A stretch of DNA of 64,000 bases, from positions 29,013,138 through 29,077,137 of the forward strand of contig JBOZIK010000001.1 of NCBI GenBank assembly GCA_051453625.1, read 5' to 3'. Below the pieces are notes generated by a model. The model made no database searches. It worked only from the letters and a program-made list of their open reading frames with translations, and was not told the origin of the DNA. Positions 1 to 13,499 of this stretch are shown piece after piece; the first letter of the stretch is position 1, and each line of letters begins with the position of its first letter. The position numbers and the translations under genes are program-made. The DNA comes from Welwitschia mirabilis (Eukaryota).

Positions 1-3000
1 TCTAGAACTCCTTATATTTAAAGATATCTTATGGATTCTTGAAACATATGGCATTAAGTAGTGATGGTTTAGGCCATGGTATCATAATATCATTGATCAT
101 ATAAGGCATAAGACATGTTGATTCTACCACACATTTCCTATGTTACTTCCCTTTAATGCTATATACTATTTTTTTCATGCTATAAAAAAAAAGAAAATAG
201 TTGATTAAATATTAATTATTAACCATTTAATTTTGAAATAAGTGAATATATAATAAACAAATTTTTAAAAAGAAGGCAATGTTTGAACTTTCCTTCATGC
301 TCCAATGTTGACTGCATGCCTTCCACTTTTTTGGCATGCAACCCCTTCCTTTAGCCTCACAATGATCTATCTCTCTCGAAAATCCTACTTTGACTTCATA
401 GTAATGTTTATCACTTAATATGCAGGCCTTTCCTCCCTTTTCTCTTGCATTTAACTTTAGTAACTCCTCATATAAACATCCTCCTAAGTGTGCATCATGG
501 AGAGAGATGTCCGCCTATTTACACAAAGGTAACATAGGTAAGAAAATCTATAGTCTTCTTATCCTAACATTCAAATCCATTTCTCTTAATACATAGATCC
601 ATTTCTCTTAATGCATAGGTATTTTTCTCTCTTACAGATCCTCACATAAACATTCATTTAATATTAGTTCATTTTAACTTCATATATTGTTTGAATTTCA
701 TGTTTCTATTAATATAATGCCATCTTAAAATAAATACACAACTGCAGAACACCCATGATAGGAACGTGGCATTAATAACAATGTAAAATCTCATTTTTTT
801 CAATTTTTTTTCTTTTCTTTCCTATTGTATATTTGTGTTCTATATGGTAAGGTATACCTCACCTTCTCTAATTTTATATTTTCATTTTTGTTATTTCTTG
901 TTTTTTCTTTTTCTTTTTTCCTTTTTTGTACAACATTTAGAATGTTATTATTCACATTATGGTCATTTAACTTTCCTATGAGGAAGGCAAATATAGGCTA
1001 AAAACAACATTTCAAGTGGGAATTTCATATATTTTATTATTTTGTATCTCTTTTTTATTTATTTTCTATCAATATTTTGCATATTTTTTCCCTCTAGCAC
1101 ATTGTGCATTCTCTGTAACTTTGCTATTGTATTCTCACATGTTTTCATATTTACATAAATATTAAAGAAGAAAGTAAACCATAACAACCCAATCTAGGAT
1201 TACTCTTAAGAAGCTTTTTTTTGTTTTTTTTTTTTTTTTTTTTGCTTTTGCCCCTAATTACAAAAAGACATTATATCCAAATGTTTACTTTGTTATGAGA
1301 TGTACCTATAGGACTTACATTCGAAAACCTGTGTGATGATAGTTTCTCTCACCCAGTTACTTAATTCTACAAATCAAAACTAGGTTTTCTAATTAATTAT
1401 TTTAATTAATTTACAAGTAGATATTTAAGAGTTATGGATCAGTATAACATTAGACAAGATTTCAATGAATAACACACATAAACATGTATAGGAAGTGGTC
1501 GAATAGTTGGATGCACTAATAACTTAACAATCATGTCTATGTATCCTCATCTAAAGAAACTAAGACCACACATAGTTTTATCTTAGATCTCATTCCCATC
1601 TCCACTAATACACTTGAGAATATGATAGATTAAGGTGGTCCATGTTAGTAGGCATATGTTGATCAAGCATATGGTTCACTGCAAAGGTACTACAAGAATG
1701 CAATATTTAAAATCTTAATGCTATAATGCAACTCAATAATGCATTACTTATGTCACAAGGATGCTTAGAAATGAATTGATTATACCACAAGGCATACTCA
1801 AAAATGCATTTAAAATTACACAATGCAAAATCAACATGGGTATCCAAAGCATTTTTTTCCTCTTCCTTTCTTTTATTTTTCCTTCCCTCCTTTCTTTATT
1901 TCTAATAGTGAAACCCCTAGTCGCTTGACCAAAACATCCATTAGTAATCCTTTATCACCAAGCATAAGAGACCCATCATATCTCACTCATGTCTTGGTTA
2001 GAGCCAATGGAACTGAATAATACATATTTTTCATTATAAAAATCATGCTTCATATCATCACATGATTGATGTATATATACTTCATACATTGAATTCATAT
2101 GCTTAAATATATAAGAAACACATTTAAGAATGCATACTTTAAACTCATTAAAGCATACTCGAAGCAATCATGATCATTAAGGATTATGCTAAACTTGCAT
2201 CATTGTATAATCATAATATGCATAATATAATCACATTAAATCATACTAGAATCATTCATGATTATTAGGGAATATATATTAATTTATATAAGTATCTTAT
2301 AGTAAGAAAATATTTTACTAGAATAAATATAATAACATCATTACCTAAGGAACCTATTTGAAAGTAGAGTCTAAAGTAAAAGACCAGTAGCTAGACCTAC
2401 TAAGTTATAATCATTATTTAGTATAGAGGCTTATAATTGTAATACAAATAAATTAATATCATCACATTATCTTCATCCATTAACCCTCTTATTACCTTTA
2501 AAATATTTATTTCTATTACATCCTAAAGTTTAAAAATTAAAAAGTATAAAATCATTGAATCTAAAATATCTTAAATCTCAAATAAAATCTTGCTATACTT
2601 CTACTAAATACAATATGAATATGTCAAAATAGCATAGAAATAGGTTATGAGAACTTTTAGATTAATAAAAATATAATCTACTATATAAAATATTAGTTAG
2701 ATAAAGTCTTGTAATGCTAACTATCAATAAACATTCATAATCATAAATTCATAAGGTAATATAAAACACTATTTAACTTATGCAATATAAAATAAGTAAC
2801 ACATAAATATCATTAAAGACAATTAGAAGCACACTTTAGATATTAATTGTGCTATGAAATAAGCTAAATTTAATAAGAAATAGGAAATAGAGGTAATAAA
2901 TATGAAAGATAATAAAGTTAGAATTTTAGTAATAGCTTCCTAAAAGATGTAGCTCTTAATTTTTAAGAAAATGCACAAGTATTTTTAATACATCTTTAGT

Positions 3001-3799
3001 GCCCAAACATTATATAAAAAATGGACTATCATCAATTTATATTGGAGATTATGAGACTAAGAACAATGACATGGAAGCATAGTTTTATTAGATGACTTAC
3101 AAGCACATTAAAAGTGGTTTATAATAACTATAGAAACCTATGACTTACTACTTTAACAAGGTGGAAAATGTCCCCAAGATTACACCCACAAACCCATAAC
3201 ATTCTAAAAATTATTCTCATAAAGGAAATTAGGTGCTTAAGACAAAGGAATTAAGGCATAGATATATTAGACTAATTACAAATACATGCTTTAAAAAGTG
3301 TCTTCTACATAAATGAATTAAGAACTAGTACAACATAAGTGTACCAGAACTCTATTAAATAAAAATGTTTAAAGAGAAGACAAAATTGTGAGATTTCAAA
3401 TATTAATTTCCATAATATTTTAAAATAAATGCATATGTAAAGAACAATTTTAGATGCCCATTACAATAGTGTGTGATGTTTATCTTTTATATTATTGAGC
3501 TTATCCTATGTTTGCAAAATTTAATGAAGGATAATCCTCCCATGGTAAGTACTAATTTGAAAGTGCTAATGACAATTCCTATAAGTAGAATTTTATTGTC
3601 TTAATGATATGATCATAAATTGCCTAATAATTCTAAGTACCCTTTAACATCATTTATCTTATAATTAGTAGAAATGTATAGAGATAAGGATGTATCTTAA
3701 ACTATTATATGTCACTTTTAAAGGTTGAGTTAACTAATTCAAGTACTAAACTAAAATTTATTTTGGAGATGTTTAGTATTTCTTTACTCCTTAAATGGT

Positions 3800-5650
3800 T
3801 CCTTCATTTTAAGATTTATAAATATGTAACACCTGGGTTTAGTTTATACATGTCTCTTTTTCTTCCATGGTTTCTACTATAGTTATTAAAAATTCATATA
3901 ATTTAATAAGCTAAAAAAATAATTAAAATGTAGACTTATTTTGGTATCATAGAACCTCAATAGCTATCTAAATTTTTGGTAAAACTTCCTAGACATAATA
4001 TGCATCAGTTAATTCTAATTTTATTGGAAAACAATGAGGTTTGAGCTAGAACATAAATAAATTCAAAATTATACTAGAACCATGTATAATAATATAATTG
4101 TATCACTCAAGAAAAATTTAGAAGTGAGTTGGTATAATCTCTATAGAACAAACTTAATAATGATAACATAATTATTAGAAATTTAACCAAATTGCTTAAT
4201 TCTATATTTTTTTAAATAAACCTATTAGAAATTACATCACAACGTTATTAATTTCTTTTGGTGATTTTTTTTGAGTTTAATGTTTTATAACTAACTTCAT
4301 AAAAATGATTTCATCTTAACTATCTAGTATTTATCATTTTAAAATAAATTTATATGAACCATTTTGTGTTATCAAATTCTTAAGAAGATAATTCCTGGTT
4401 TATTTAAGTTTAAATTTTAACATTCCATTTCTATGACTAAATTTATTTTTAATAAAATAAGCCTTTGTCCAAAGTCCTTAGAAAAACATTTTGTGAAATT
4501 TTATCATTGGTAAAGCTTATAAGGTTTAAATCATATGTAGTAAAATAACACATCCCTGTTACTTTTAGAGGTATTAATTGAACTCAAGAAAACAAAAAAT
4601 GTAATACCACATTGGACTTCTCATTTTAATTTGAATTCTTCCCATATAAATGTTTTTTGAATATACATATTATTTATGTATTTTAGTTTCTCTATGATTT
4701 TTATTTATTTTAACATAACTATAACATTACAATATAAATAAACAAGAGAAAAAAATTAATTTCCAATACTTCAAGACAAAGTGGATTCTGCTTGCATCTA
4801 CATTTAAGTGTAATTTATTATCTTTTTTATAGATAATCTTGCTTAATATGACTTCCTAATTCAAATGATAATCCAATTCTCTTAATTTTCTATAATAAAA
4901 TATCATTAAGAGGGAATTCTACACCCTAATTTGATGTAACCATTTCCAAAATTGAGTTTGAAAATATTGAAAAGGTGAGACTAGAGCTAAAGTAATAATA
5001 GGTTGGGGACATAATATCAAATGTTTCAGTTCCAAACCCTTTTAAAATAGCTACAGTCATATCAATTATAGCCTTTTCAAAATTGTGTTGGCCTCAAGGT
5101 TAAGCAATCTAATCTTTTTATCATTCTTTTGGCTATTACTAATTCAAAGGGGTATGATATCAAGGGAGAATTCTAAACTATTTCTTGATATTTTTCTTCT
5201 GATTGTCAATGCTCTTAGTATTTTCCTTGTATTTTACCTCTTTTTGTTTGGCTGCATAAAGTATAACATTAAAAAATTCATTTTACTTGTGATTAACTCA
5301 TTACAAATTATCTTGGATCAACATTGATGATTATTATAACAGACATGAGTGGCATATACAGGTGAGTTGATCCATTCTTTAATGTGAACTAAGTTATTTA
5401 TTTGAAGCTATTTTATAATTCCAAATATTGCATAAACATTAAGGTCAAGAAAAGAATAACTAATTTATCCCTTAGATTTTAACAATAAATAGGTTTTAAA
5501 AGGATTTCTTGCCTTGGATTTGTACAACACTAGAAATAATGCAACTTTTATCTTATGATTTAATTTACCTAATGTAAGAATGAGTTCATGTTAAAAGACA
5601 TTATAACCTCTTCTAAAAATGATAGTTTTTCAAACAAACAACATATATAA
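3800..5650 (+). mobile_element. Highly decayed Ty3/gypsy pol relic
   Basis: Broken translations GIIEP (near the RT start, about 3945) and FNVN*VIYLKL...NLSLRF (about 5380-5480), the latter resembling the gypsy post-integrase F-x-VGD-x-VYLKL...KLSPRF motif. Confidence 0.45.
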
Positions 5651-5810
5651 TAACTCTACATTAACTATTGGCAAATTTAAAGGGTAGTTTCCACATTGAA
5701 GTTAAAATCTGAGTTGCAAAATAATGTTATTGGTAAATAGTCCTACATTTTCTAATGCACATATGCATTATTTTAGAGATTCAATGAACTAAATTAGATC
5801 AAGAAAGTGG

Positions 5811-6045
5811 TGTTGGGTCCTTTACCATCATATCATAGCTATGAATTAGGTGGAAATTTAAATCATTTATATTTATCCACTTATTAGGCTAGGCATGAGG
5901 AATGCATACCAACAATCTACTTCTTGATTCACATGCTAAGTGCTTACATGAATTAAGAGGATACTAAGCAAACTCCAATCCAGACCAAGAGGATACTAAG
6001 CAAACTCTAATCCAGGACTAACTAATAATAATAACTTTGATATTA
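5811..6045 (-). mobile_element. TRIM unit (LTR 5811-5914 plus internal domain)
   Basis: 104-bp TG...CA LTR homologous to the copies at 6836, 7043 and 8098; internal domain with a 32-bp tandem duplication and a decayed PBS. Confidence 0.75.
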
Positions 6046-6049
6046 CTAA

Positions 6050-6770
6050 TAATAATGATAATAATCCTTTTTCTTCTTCTTCAGTTCTCTACATTGATAT
6101 TTGAAGTGGCCTTTGATGCTTACATTAACTTCTCCTCTTAGATTTTAACCTATCATGACTCTTTTTCTAATCTTGTTAAGAATTCCTACCATTGCCTTTA
6201 CTACTCAAGGTAGAATCCCAAGACTTAGCTAACTTTCTTCTATGAATATTGTTATTGAAAATTAAGTGATGAACTTTTGATAACTTCAACATATGACCTC
6301 TTAATGAATTGCTTACTGCAATCAAAGTCAAATTTAACTGATTTATGATTTCATTGAATTCGTTGATGTGCTCTATAACTAATGCACCCTTAGACATCCT
6401 TAGATTACATAATTAAAACATTAGATATACCTTGTTTGGGGTCAAAGACTTATCATTCATATCTGGTAAGGTATTTATCAAATATTAAGTAGTTTTCGCA
6501 TTAATGATGTTAAACACAATGATTCATGATAATGTTAATTAGATCATCCCAAGTATCTAATGATCTAATAAAACCCAATATGCATTCTTTATATTATCTG
6601 GTTTCTTCCTTGACAGTGGTTCATGCAACTTTTTTGATATAGATAGTTCTTACATACATCTTCTAGAAACTAAAGTCAACCTCATTGAACTTGTCGATCT
6701 TGACTTTCCCTTCTTTTGATGTCATTGCTTCCATTCATCCTATATGAAATTGACCACTTTGATACTAGTT
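6050..6770 (-). mobile_element. Ty1/copia gag relic with decayed tRNA-iMet PBS
   Basis: Start at 6725 reads MTSKEGKVKIDKFNEVDFSF*KM...YLYQKKLHEPL, then MSKGALVIEHINEFNEIINQL (UBN2-type copia gag); PBS-like tagtatcaaagt at 6756-6767. Confidence 0.85.
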
Positions 6771-6835
6771 ATTAATAAACAAATCAAATGTAAAAGAGAA
6801 AATCAAAGAATATATAACTTGCATGAGCCACCAAT

Positions 6836-7312
6836 TATTGGATCCATTACCATTACATAAAAAGCTATGACTTAGGTGAAAACTAGAATCCATTATATTT
6901 ACCCACTTATCAAGCTAGGTATGAGGAATGCATAATTAACAATCTTTCCCTCTATCCATATGTTAAATACTTACATAAAGTAGGAAGCCATTAAGAATAC
7001 TTGAACCTAAGACCAGCTAATAGCCATGGCTTTGATACCAACTATTGGGTGCATTATCATCACACCAAAATCCATGACTAAGGTGAAAATTGGAATCCTT
7101 TATAATTACCCACTTATTAGGCTAGAAATGAGGACTACATATCCAATAATCTTCTTCTTAATTCACATGTCTTGTGCTCACATGAAGCAAGAAATCACTA
7201 GGGAGACTTAAACCTAAGACCATCCAATAATCATGGCTATGACACCAATTATTAGTCCCTTTACCATCATACCAAAAGTCATGGCTTTTGGTGTTATGGT
7301 AATGGGCACAAA
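6836..7312 (-). mobile_element. Tandem TRIM array (LTR-internal-LTR-internal-partial LTR)
   Basis: LTRs at 6836-6941 and 7043-7148 and a partial one from 7250; PBS TGGTATCAAAGCC (7040-7028) and TGGTGTCATAGCC; purine tract GAGGGAAAGAT before the downstream LTR; unit about 207 bp, no coding capacity. Confidence 0.85.
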
Positions 7313-7971
7313 AATTCTACTTATCTTATAACAAAAACTAAGAAGTTTAACAAGTATGTGAGTCGTGGAGTGATAAAACTCTATGATCCCATTTCACACA
7401 AGGTAATTCACTAATTTTAAGCATATAACTAAGTAGACGAAGAGAAACTTATGAGGATTCCCTTAGTAATGGTGAGTGAAATGGGAAAGGCCCAGCATGA
7501 TAATTGGACTCCCATCAGGTTACTTGAATTGTAGTCTATAAAAGCTTTCCTAATGCTAGACCAAGATAGAGTCCCTTAGAATGTGATGCCATAGAGGATG
7601 AAAATCCCTTGAGGCTTAGAGCCTAACATAACATGGGGTGCTATCATAGAGTCAAGCTATTTGGGAGTACAACCCCAATTGGGTAGTAAGTTTTGTTCAA
7701 GGCTAAATACATGTGAGAGACTAATATGAATAAATACTATAAGAGAAAGATGAAAATGACTTTGAAAAGAGAGTTAAAGATACTTAAAATTATTAAGAAG
7801 AAAGTGAATTAATGTCAATGCTTCATTTGAGATAGATGTGGGAGATGGAGACATCAGTCCATCGCTTGAATTTGAATAGAGAGCCGCATAGGACTCAACA
7901 GCTACAAAAGTGCCTAGGAGAGCCTGCTAGCATGGAATTATCAACTTGGTTAAGGATCATAGCATGCATTC

Positions 7972-8202
7972 TAGGGTGATGGTAAAGGACCCAACAATTG
8001 GTATCAGAGCCATGGTTGTTGGCTGGTCTTAGGTTTGAGTCTCCCCAGTAGCGTTTCGATTCATGTAAGAACTTGGCATGTGGATTAAAGGGAAGATTGT
8101 TAGATATGTACTCCTCATTTCTAGCTCAACAAGTAGGTAAATATGATGAATTCCAATTTGTAGATAAGTCATGGCTTTTGATGTGATGGTAATAAGCCCA
8201 AT
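7972..8202 (+). mobile_element. TRIM copy in opposite orientation
   Basis: Truncated 5' LTR ending CCCAACA, perfect PBS TGGTATCAGAGCC at 7999, PPT AAAGGGAAGAT, 3' LTR about 8098-8201. Confidence 0.85.
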
Positions 8203-8659
8203 AAGTAGAATATAGAGTCCTTCCTAAAATACTTAGGAAAGAACCTATAACAAATATAGTATATAAGATACTAAGCTTTTCTAAAACTTTACTATGACTC
8301 ACAAGGCATTAGGATCTATGTATTCAACTATCTAAATGTCAAATCTTACCCTAGGCTTCTAAATTTGCAATAATTAAAAAATATCATTTGTAGGTTATTG
8401 GAATTTATGTTTTTTCCTCTTCTTTTTGTAAATTTCTAGATCATCTAGACTAGACATTAAAGACAACCATGAAAAATTCTTATAATGAAATGTTTAAACC
8501 CTAGCATGGCTAGATTTTAGTTGCATCTTTTGAGATAATGCTTAGTAGTTTATCATGAAATCAATGTGTTATTTATCAAGTACTAGTAAAAATTGCATTT
8601 CAATATGTCTTGACAATTACAATAGGAATATTTACATTTATGATAGGTAGGCTTGAAAC

Positions 8660-9560
8660 TCATGCCTAAAAGACAAATATGTTTGCATGATGTTGCAAGT
8701 AATCCATTAACAACATTATAGGAAGAATCTATAAAGGAAATCCACAGCTTTATGGTAAAATTTCCAACCTTATATTGAAATTAATATATTAAAAAGCATT
8801 CCTAGCCTTTTGATTTATTGATTAATGTGTGTAATAGAAAAGACTTAAACTGAATAAGATCAAGTTGCCATAGGATTTCTTCTACATCATATATACTCTT
8901 GGTACTATAACAAATTTTTGCTAAGTCCAAGAGTGTATATAAAAATCTTGGGCTAAGTCTTGATAATTCCTTTGCTTCATAACATGATAAAATATTTCAA
9001 TATGTTTTTCTCTAAGCACGTTATATCATTTTTGATCAAAATAAGATTAATAGAAATCCTTGAATGTTCTCTTCAAGTGCTTTCTACTAATCTTTTCTCA
9101 TTAAAATGAGATTGATACAACTCCTCGAATGTTCTCTGCAAGTGACTCTTGCTAAAGATGTAATAAACTATATTTTTTCATGTAAAGAAAACCATCTAAA
9201 ACCATTGGCCTATCTAGCTAGAGCTCTTAGTGAAGAATCCACATTATTACATGGCTAGTATCCTATCATACCTCCATGGATTGGGTCCTCTAAGTTTTTC
9301 CTCCAAGTTCTACTAGTGAAACCTTAAAGAAAAAAATGATTTGATGAGTAGTCAAACACCTTTAAATGTGGCTAAATAAATGAGACTCCTATGAACTAAA
9401 TGAAGCTTATGAAAGAGGATATTTTATACTTATCAGATGAAGGCTTTGATTTATTAAAAATATAAGGGTTATTTAATCCTTTTAAAGGTAGACAAGAATG
9501 TTGCTCATACTCTTTTAACAAAGAGACTTAAGAATACTCCCTGATTTTCATAGTTCTATA
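8660..9560 (+). pseudogene. Probable ancient cyclin-dependent kinase (CDKG/CDK11-like) pseudogene
   Basis: Collinear relics GRIYKG (about 8720), EINILKS (8777), SD..LAK (about 9140), YLA/ELL...HY (9211) and LSDEGFDLL (9430) resemble CDKG GVVYRA, REINILLS, DFGLAR, YRAPELL and LSDAGFDLL; many stops and frameshifts; HRDLK not recognisable. Confidence 0.45.
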
Positions 9561-12500
9561 AAACCAATTGCTTACAAGTGGAGAAATTCAAACCGTGAGA
9601 TGTTCCATAAAAATGGAGGCAAAAGTACATCACACATAAAATGGAAAATAAGAGCCTTTTAAAGTATAAATGCTTAAGGCATATTGGGAAGAAGTCACCT
9701 TATTTCTAGATCTACATAATAGTCAATAAGGAATTACACAAATTTAGCTAAATACATTTTAAAATATACAATTAGCCCCAGGGTTTGAATCAAAACTTAG
9801 AAAGGGCATAAGTTCTTTTTTTAGTTATGTAAATTCTAGAGTCTCAACATTAGTGTATTACAACCTTTTGCCATTGTAACCTAATATTAAGACAAAAATA
9901 TATGTGTAAAACCTTATTATAAATACATTAATTAACTTACTAGAGATCCATACCCTTGTAATGGATAAATGGGAATAAAAATGATTCAATAATTTAAATG
10001 AGTGGATTTACTATTACTAGAAAATTAAATCAATTCATTACATCAAAATTTGAAGTGTTGCACAAATAGTATATGCACCCTTCATTTACATATCAATTTT
10101 TATTTTCTTATTTATGTATTATAGAATAAATTTTCAAAACTCTATTGGTGGATTTTTGTTTTGAAAGGCTTATTTAAATACTATCTGAGAGTTGTTCTTT
10201 TCATTCTTTTATTTGTCTTTTTTTAATAAGTTACTATGAAGTCCTTTATTTAGATTTGCCTTTAAATCAAAAGAGCCATTTATCTACTAAATAGTAACTT
10301 CTAAGTGTTATGGCAATTTTGTTGGAAAACCAATTGAATGAGAGTAAAATAATTGTAAAGACCCTTAAGAAAATTTCAAGGCTTTAAGGTTTATGTCAAT
10401 TTTAGATATTTTCATAAGTTGTGGTAATTACTTTTCCCTATTGAAAGATTTTGTTGATTATTCAGAACTTTTTAAGAAAATATCCAATGAATTAAACATG
10501 TTTGTATAGTTTGATGAATCTTTTCTAGCTTTGTAGAAAACAACTATCACCATCTAGATTATTCAATTTGGAATATTACCATCTGATTTGTATTGTGTTC
10601 TTGAAAACTCATAATAGGAAACTATGCTTTAGATTATTAACAAAAATTCATCTTTTAAAGTTACAAAATGTTTATATAAACCATAGATTCTTGAGGCCTA
10701 TAGATTAACATTGGAAGATAGAACACTCTTAAAAATTAAACCACTCTCTAGTACTCCTTTATCAATTTATGCATTAAAAAACATGTTTTCAAAGCATATA
10801 ATTCTTTCGACCAATAAAACTTCATAGATACTCCTAAAATGATTTTAAGGTATAAGGATTTATAATGCAAATAATATAGTTCAGATTCAAATTCAAACAT
10901 TAATCCAATTTTTTCCAAAAATGGATTTGCCCTTCAATGTTGAAGAAAAAAATCAAAGTTTATTCACTTTTAGAGTTCAAACATTTTCATACTATGTTTA
11001 TTCCTTGGTCATCTTCCTTTTTCTAGAATTCACCCTATCTCTATCTAGAATCAAGCATCCTCCTTCACTTTTCTAAAGATTTTCTTTTTTCAACTGCAAC
11101 ATTTTCTTCTTAAGTTATTTAGCTACAAAGTGGTAACATTCATAAATAACTTATGGCATGCAGGAATTTTTCATATATGTTTTTACCACCCTTTTAAGGT
11201 ATTAGGTTTAACTAAAGAACATATAAAAATTCATTAAATATTACAATTATTAAATAGTAATAAGTGTAATATAGTACCTAGATAAAAAGTGTAATGTGAA
11301 CTATAATGTAGGATTAATGGGTATCCACATCTCAAATCCATTAAACCTTTTTATTTTTCATTTTCATACTTGAAAGCTTTTATATGGCTGCTAAGATTAT
11401 AATTAAATGTTTTAATATAACTTTCAAGGCTTATGTTATGTTAGTTATATTAATGTCACATTATTATAAAATTAATGTAGTTCAGCTTTTAATTCTCATG
11501 ATCTCATTGCATTCCTTTATAATTTAATTAGTTTAACCTAATAATAATTAACACACAACATTTAATCAATAACATAATCAAATATATAACTCCATTATAT
11601 AAATTAATAATAGATAATATTTAATAATTATTTAAAAATTCTAATTAATTAAGTATTATTTACCATTTATAACATTAACACACTGTCATAATATGTATTA
11701 CTTTTATTTTAAACCGATTTTGTTTCAATATAAAATAAGGGCACCTCATCAACTAATTTCATCATGTCCTAATTAATTATTTATATTTATAAATCCTACA
11801 TAACCTTCCATGTTATGACTCTTAACATCTTAATATATTTCTTTAATTATTGTCATTTTTTTATTGTGACTCCCTGATTCACCCTTTAATTATTAAAAAG
11901 TCTTAACAAATGTATTCCTATGGATAGCATGGTTTTAGTATGGAAAATAGAAAATTAGAGACAAATTAAAATATAACTAAGGTTATGCTTATAAAATATC
12001 ACATTATAAATTTATTTAACTGTATTTATAAGTGTTTAATGTACACTAATAAGGACAATACATATACAGGACTTTTATGGTACCATAAGCATAATGAGAT
12101 ATTCACATAGATAACTAGGATGCTAAAAGTGGGGATATTATAGAAAAGAAGTAAAATAAAAGCTTATTAGTAAATTACAATAATTCCTACTTCATCATGT
12201 TTGTTGTATACAAATTATGTAAGAAAAGAGATTGTATAATGTTTAAAAATTGGAAATAACAAAATCAAGGAGGAACCAATCCCTTTATAGTAGTTCCAAT
12301 CCATGCTAGTGAAAGGTTATATAGAAACACAAGACTCAACTAATTTTATTTTAAATTTAAAAATCAGAAAAATGAAATTTTTATTTCTTTTTAAATACTA
12401 ATAAATAATAAATATGATTATTAAGCTTGTTTTATATCTTTTGAACAATATTAAGTTTTGTAAAGTTTTCCTTTAAGTTTTAAACTCTTTTGCAAATGTT

Positions 12501-12899
12501 TAGGCTTGATTTTTTTGTATGAATGTTTTTGGTAGGAGAGTTATTTAGATGTCATAGTAAGGTATTCTAGTTTCAAAATCTATAATCCTTCTTAGTTTCA
12601 TTATATTTGTCTTCTAAGTAAATGCAATGCTATCTTCTATTGATTCTTCATGTCACACATTTTTACTTTTATTTTCATAATTATAGTTCTTTCGTTTCTT
12701 TTAGGAATAGATACTAATGCTATAATATTATTATATGAAACTCTTTATTGTGATATTCATATTTTGTTTCCTTTTTTTTCTAATTTTTTGAAATAGACAT
12801 TTCTATCCTCTTGTAATTTCATGAAGTTGCTATGAGAAACTATAAGTTACTAAACATTCATCTCTTCACACGTAATATATATATATATATTAACTCTTT

Positions 12900-13459
12900 C
12901 CTTTCCCTCCTTTCCAAGGAAACTGTGACTAGATTAAAAAATAAGAATTACAATATTACAATCAATTCAAGTATGCTAGCTCTTTCTTAGAATAGCACAG
13001 CTTCTTTCAACAAAATTTTTAGTCAGCAGCATATATTTTGAATTTGCCAATGATGAGAAATGATCAAAACATCTTCAAGACTTCTCCTCTAATCCTCTAT
13101 TCACAGGCCTTAAGCCTTGATTACCTCTACTTCTCTATGATAGAGTGATATTGGCACTCATAGATAAGTTATGAAACTGTGATTTCTGGCCTGTGAAACT
13201 TAGAGTTGACATGATAGCGATGCAAATCTAAAGAGTTTATCTTCAACAAAAGAAGATAACTTCCTTCTCAAGATAGTAAAAGGGAGTTCATTGAGATCTA
13301 AGGCCTTTTATCTTGGAGATCTTATAGTGTTCCTTAGATTTCATGATTGGTCCAGAATTTATAAAACCAGATTTGATTTATTTATTTGGTTCTATGTAAG
13401 AGTTGTACTCCAAATTTTCTAGCAATGAAAAATCTCAAATTTCATTCAAAGAAAAAAAA
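12900..13459 (+). mobile_element. 5'-truncated LINE (3' UTR and tail only)
   Basis: Ends ttctatgtaagagttgta...AATGAAAaatctcaaaTTTCATTcaaagaaaaaaaa, matching the terminus of the LINE ending at 41643; 5' boundary uncertain. Confidence 0.6.
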
Positions 13460-13499
13460 GTATGCTAGCCCTTCCAAATCTAAAAGACTATTTACCCAA

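Noticed and set aside
5811-7312. Regularly spaced repeats as a CRISPR-like array
   Set aside because: Eukaryotic context; the spacers are homologous to one another and carry PBS/PPT, which identifies TRIM units
7400-7960. Possible gypsy gag relic on the minus strand (TLSWSSIRKAFID)
   Set aside because: A single weak motif is not enough to call
10100-11200. Coding-like decayed sequence
   Set aside because: No identifiable motif in any frame
13280-13310. Minus-strand KALDLNELP, an EAR-like peptide
   Set aside because: Lies antisense within a LINE 3' UTR fragment with no open frame; probably chance
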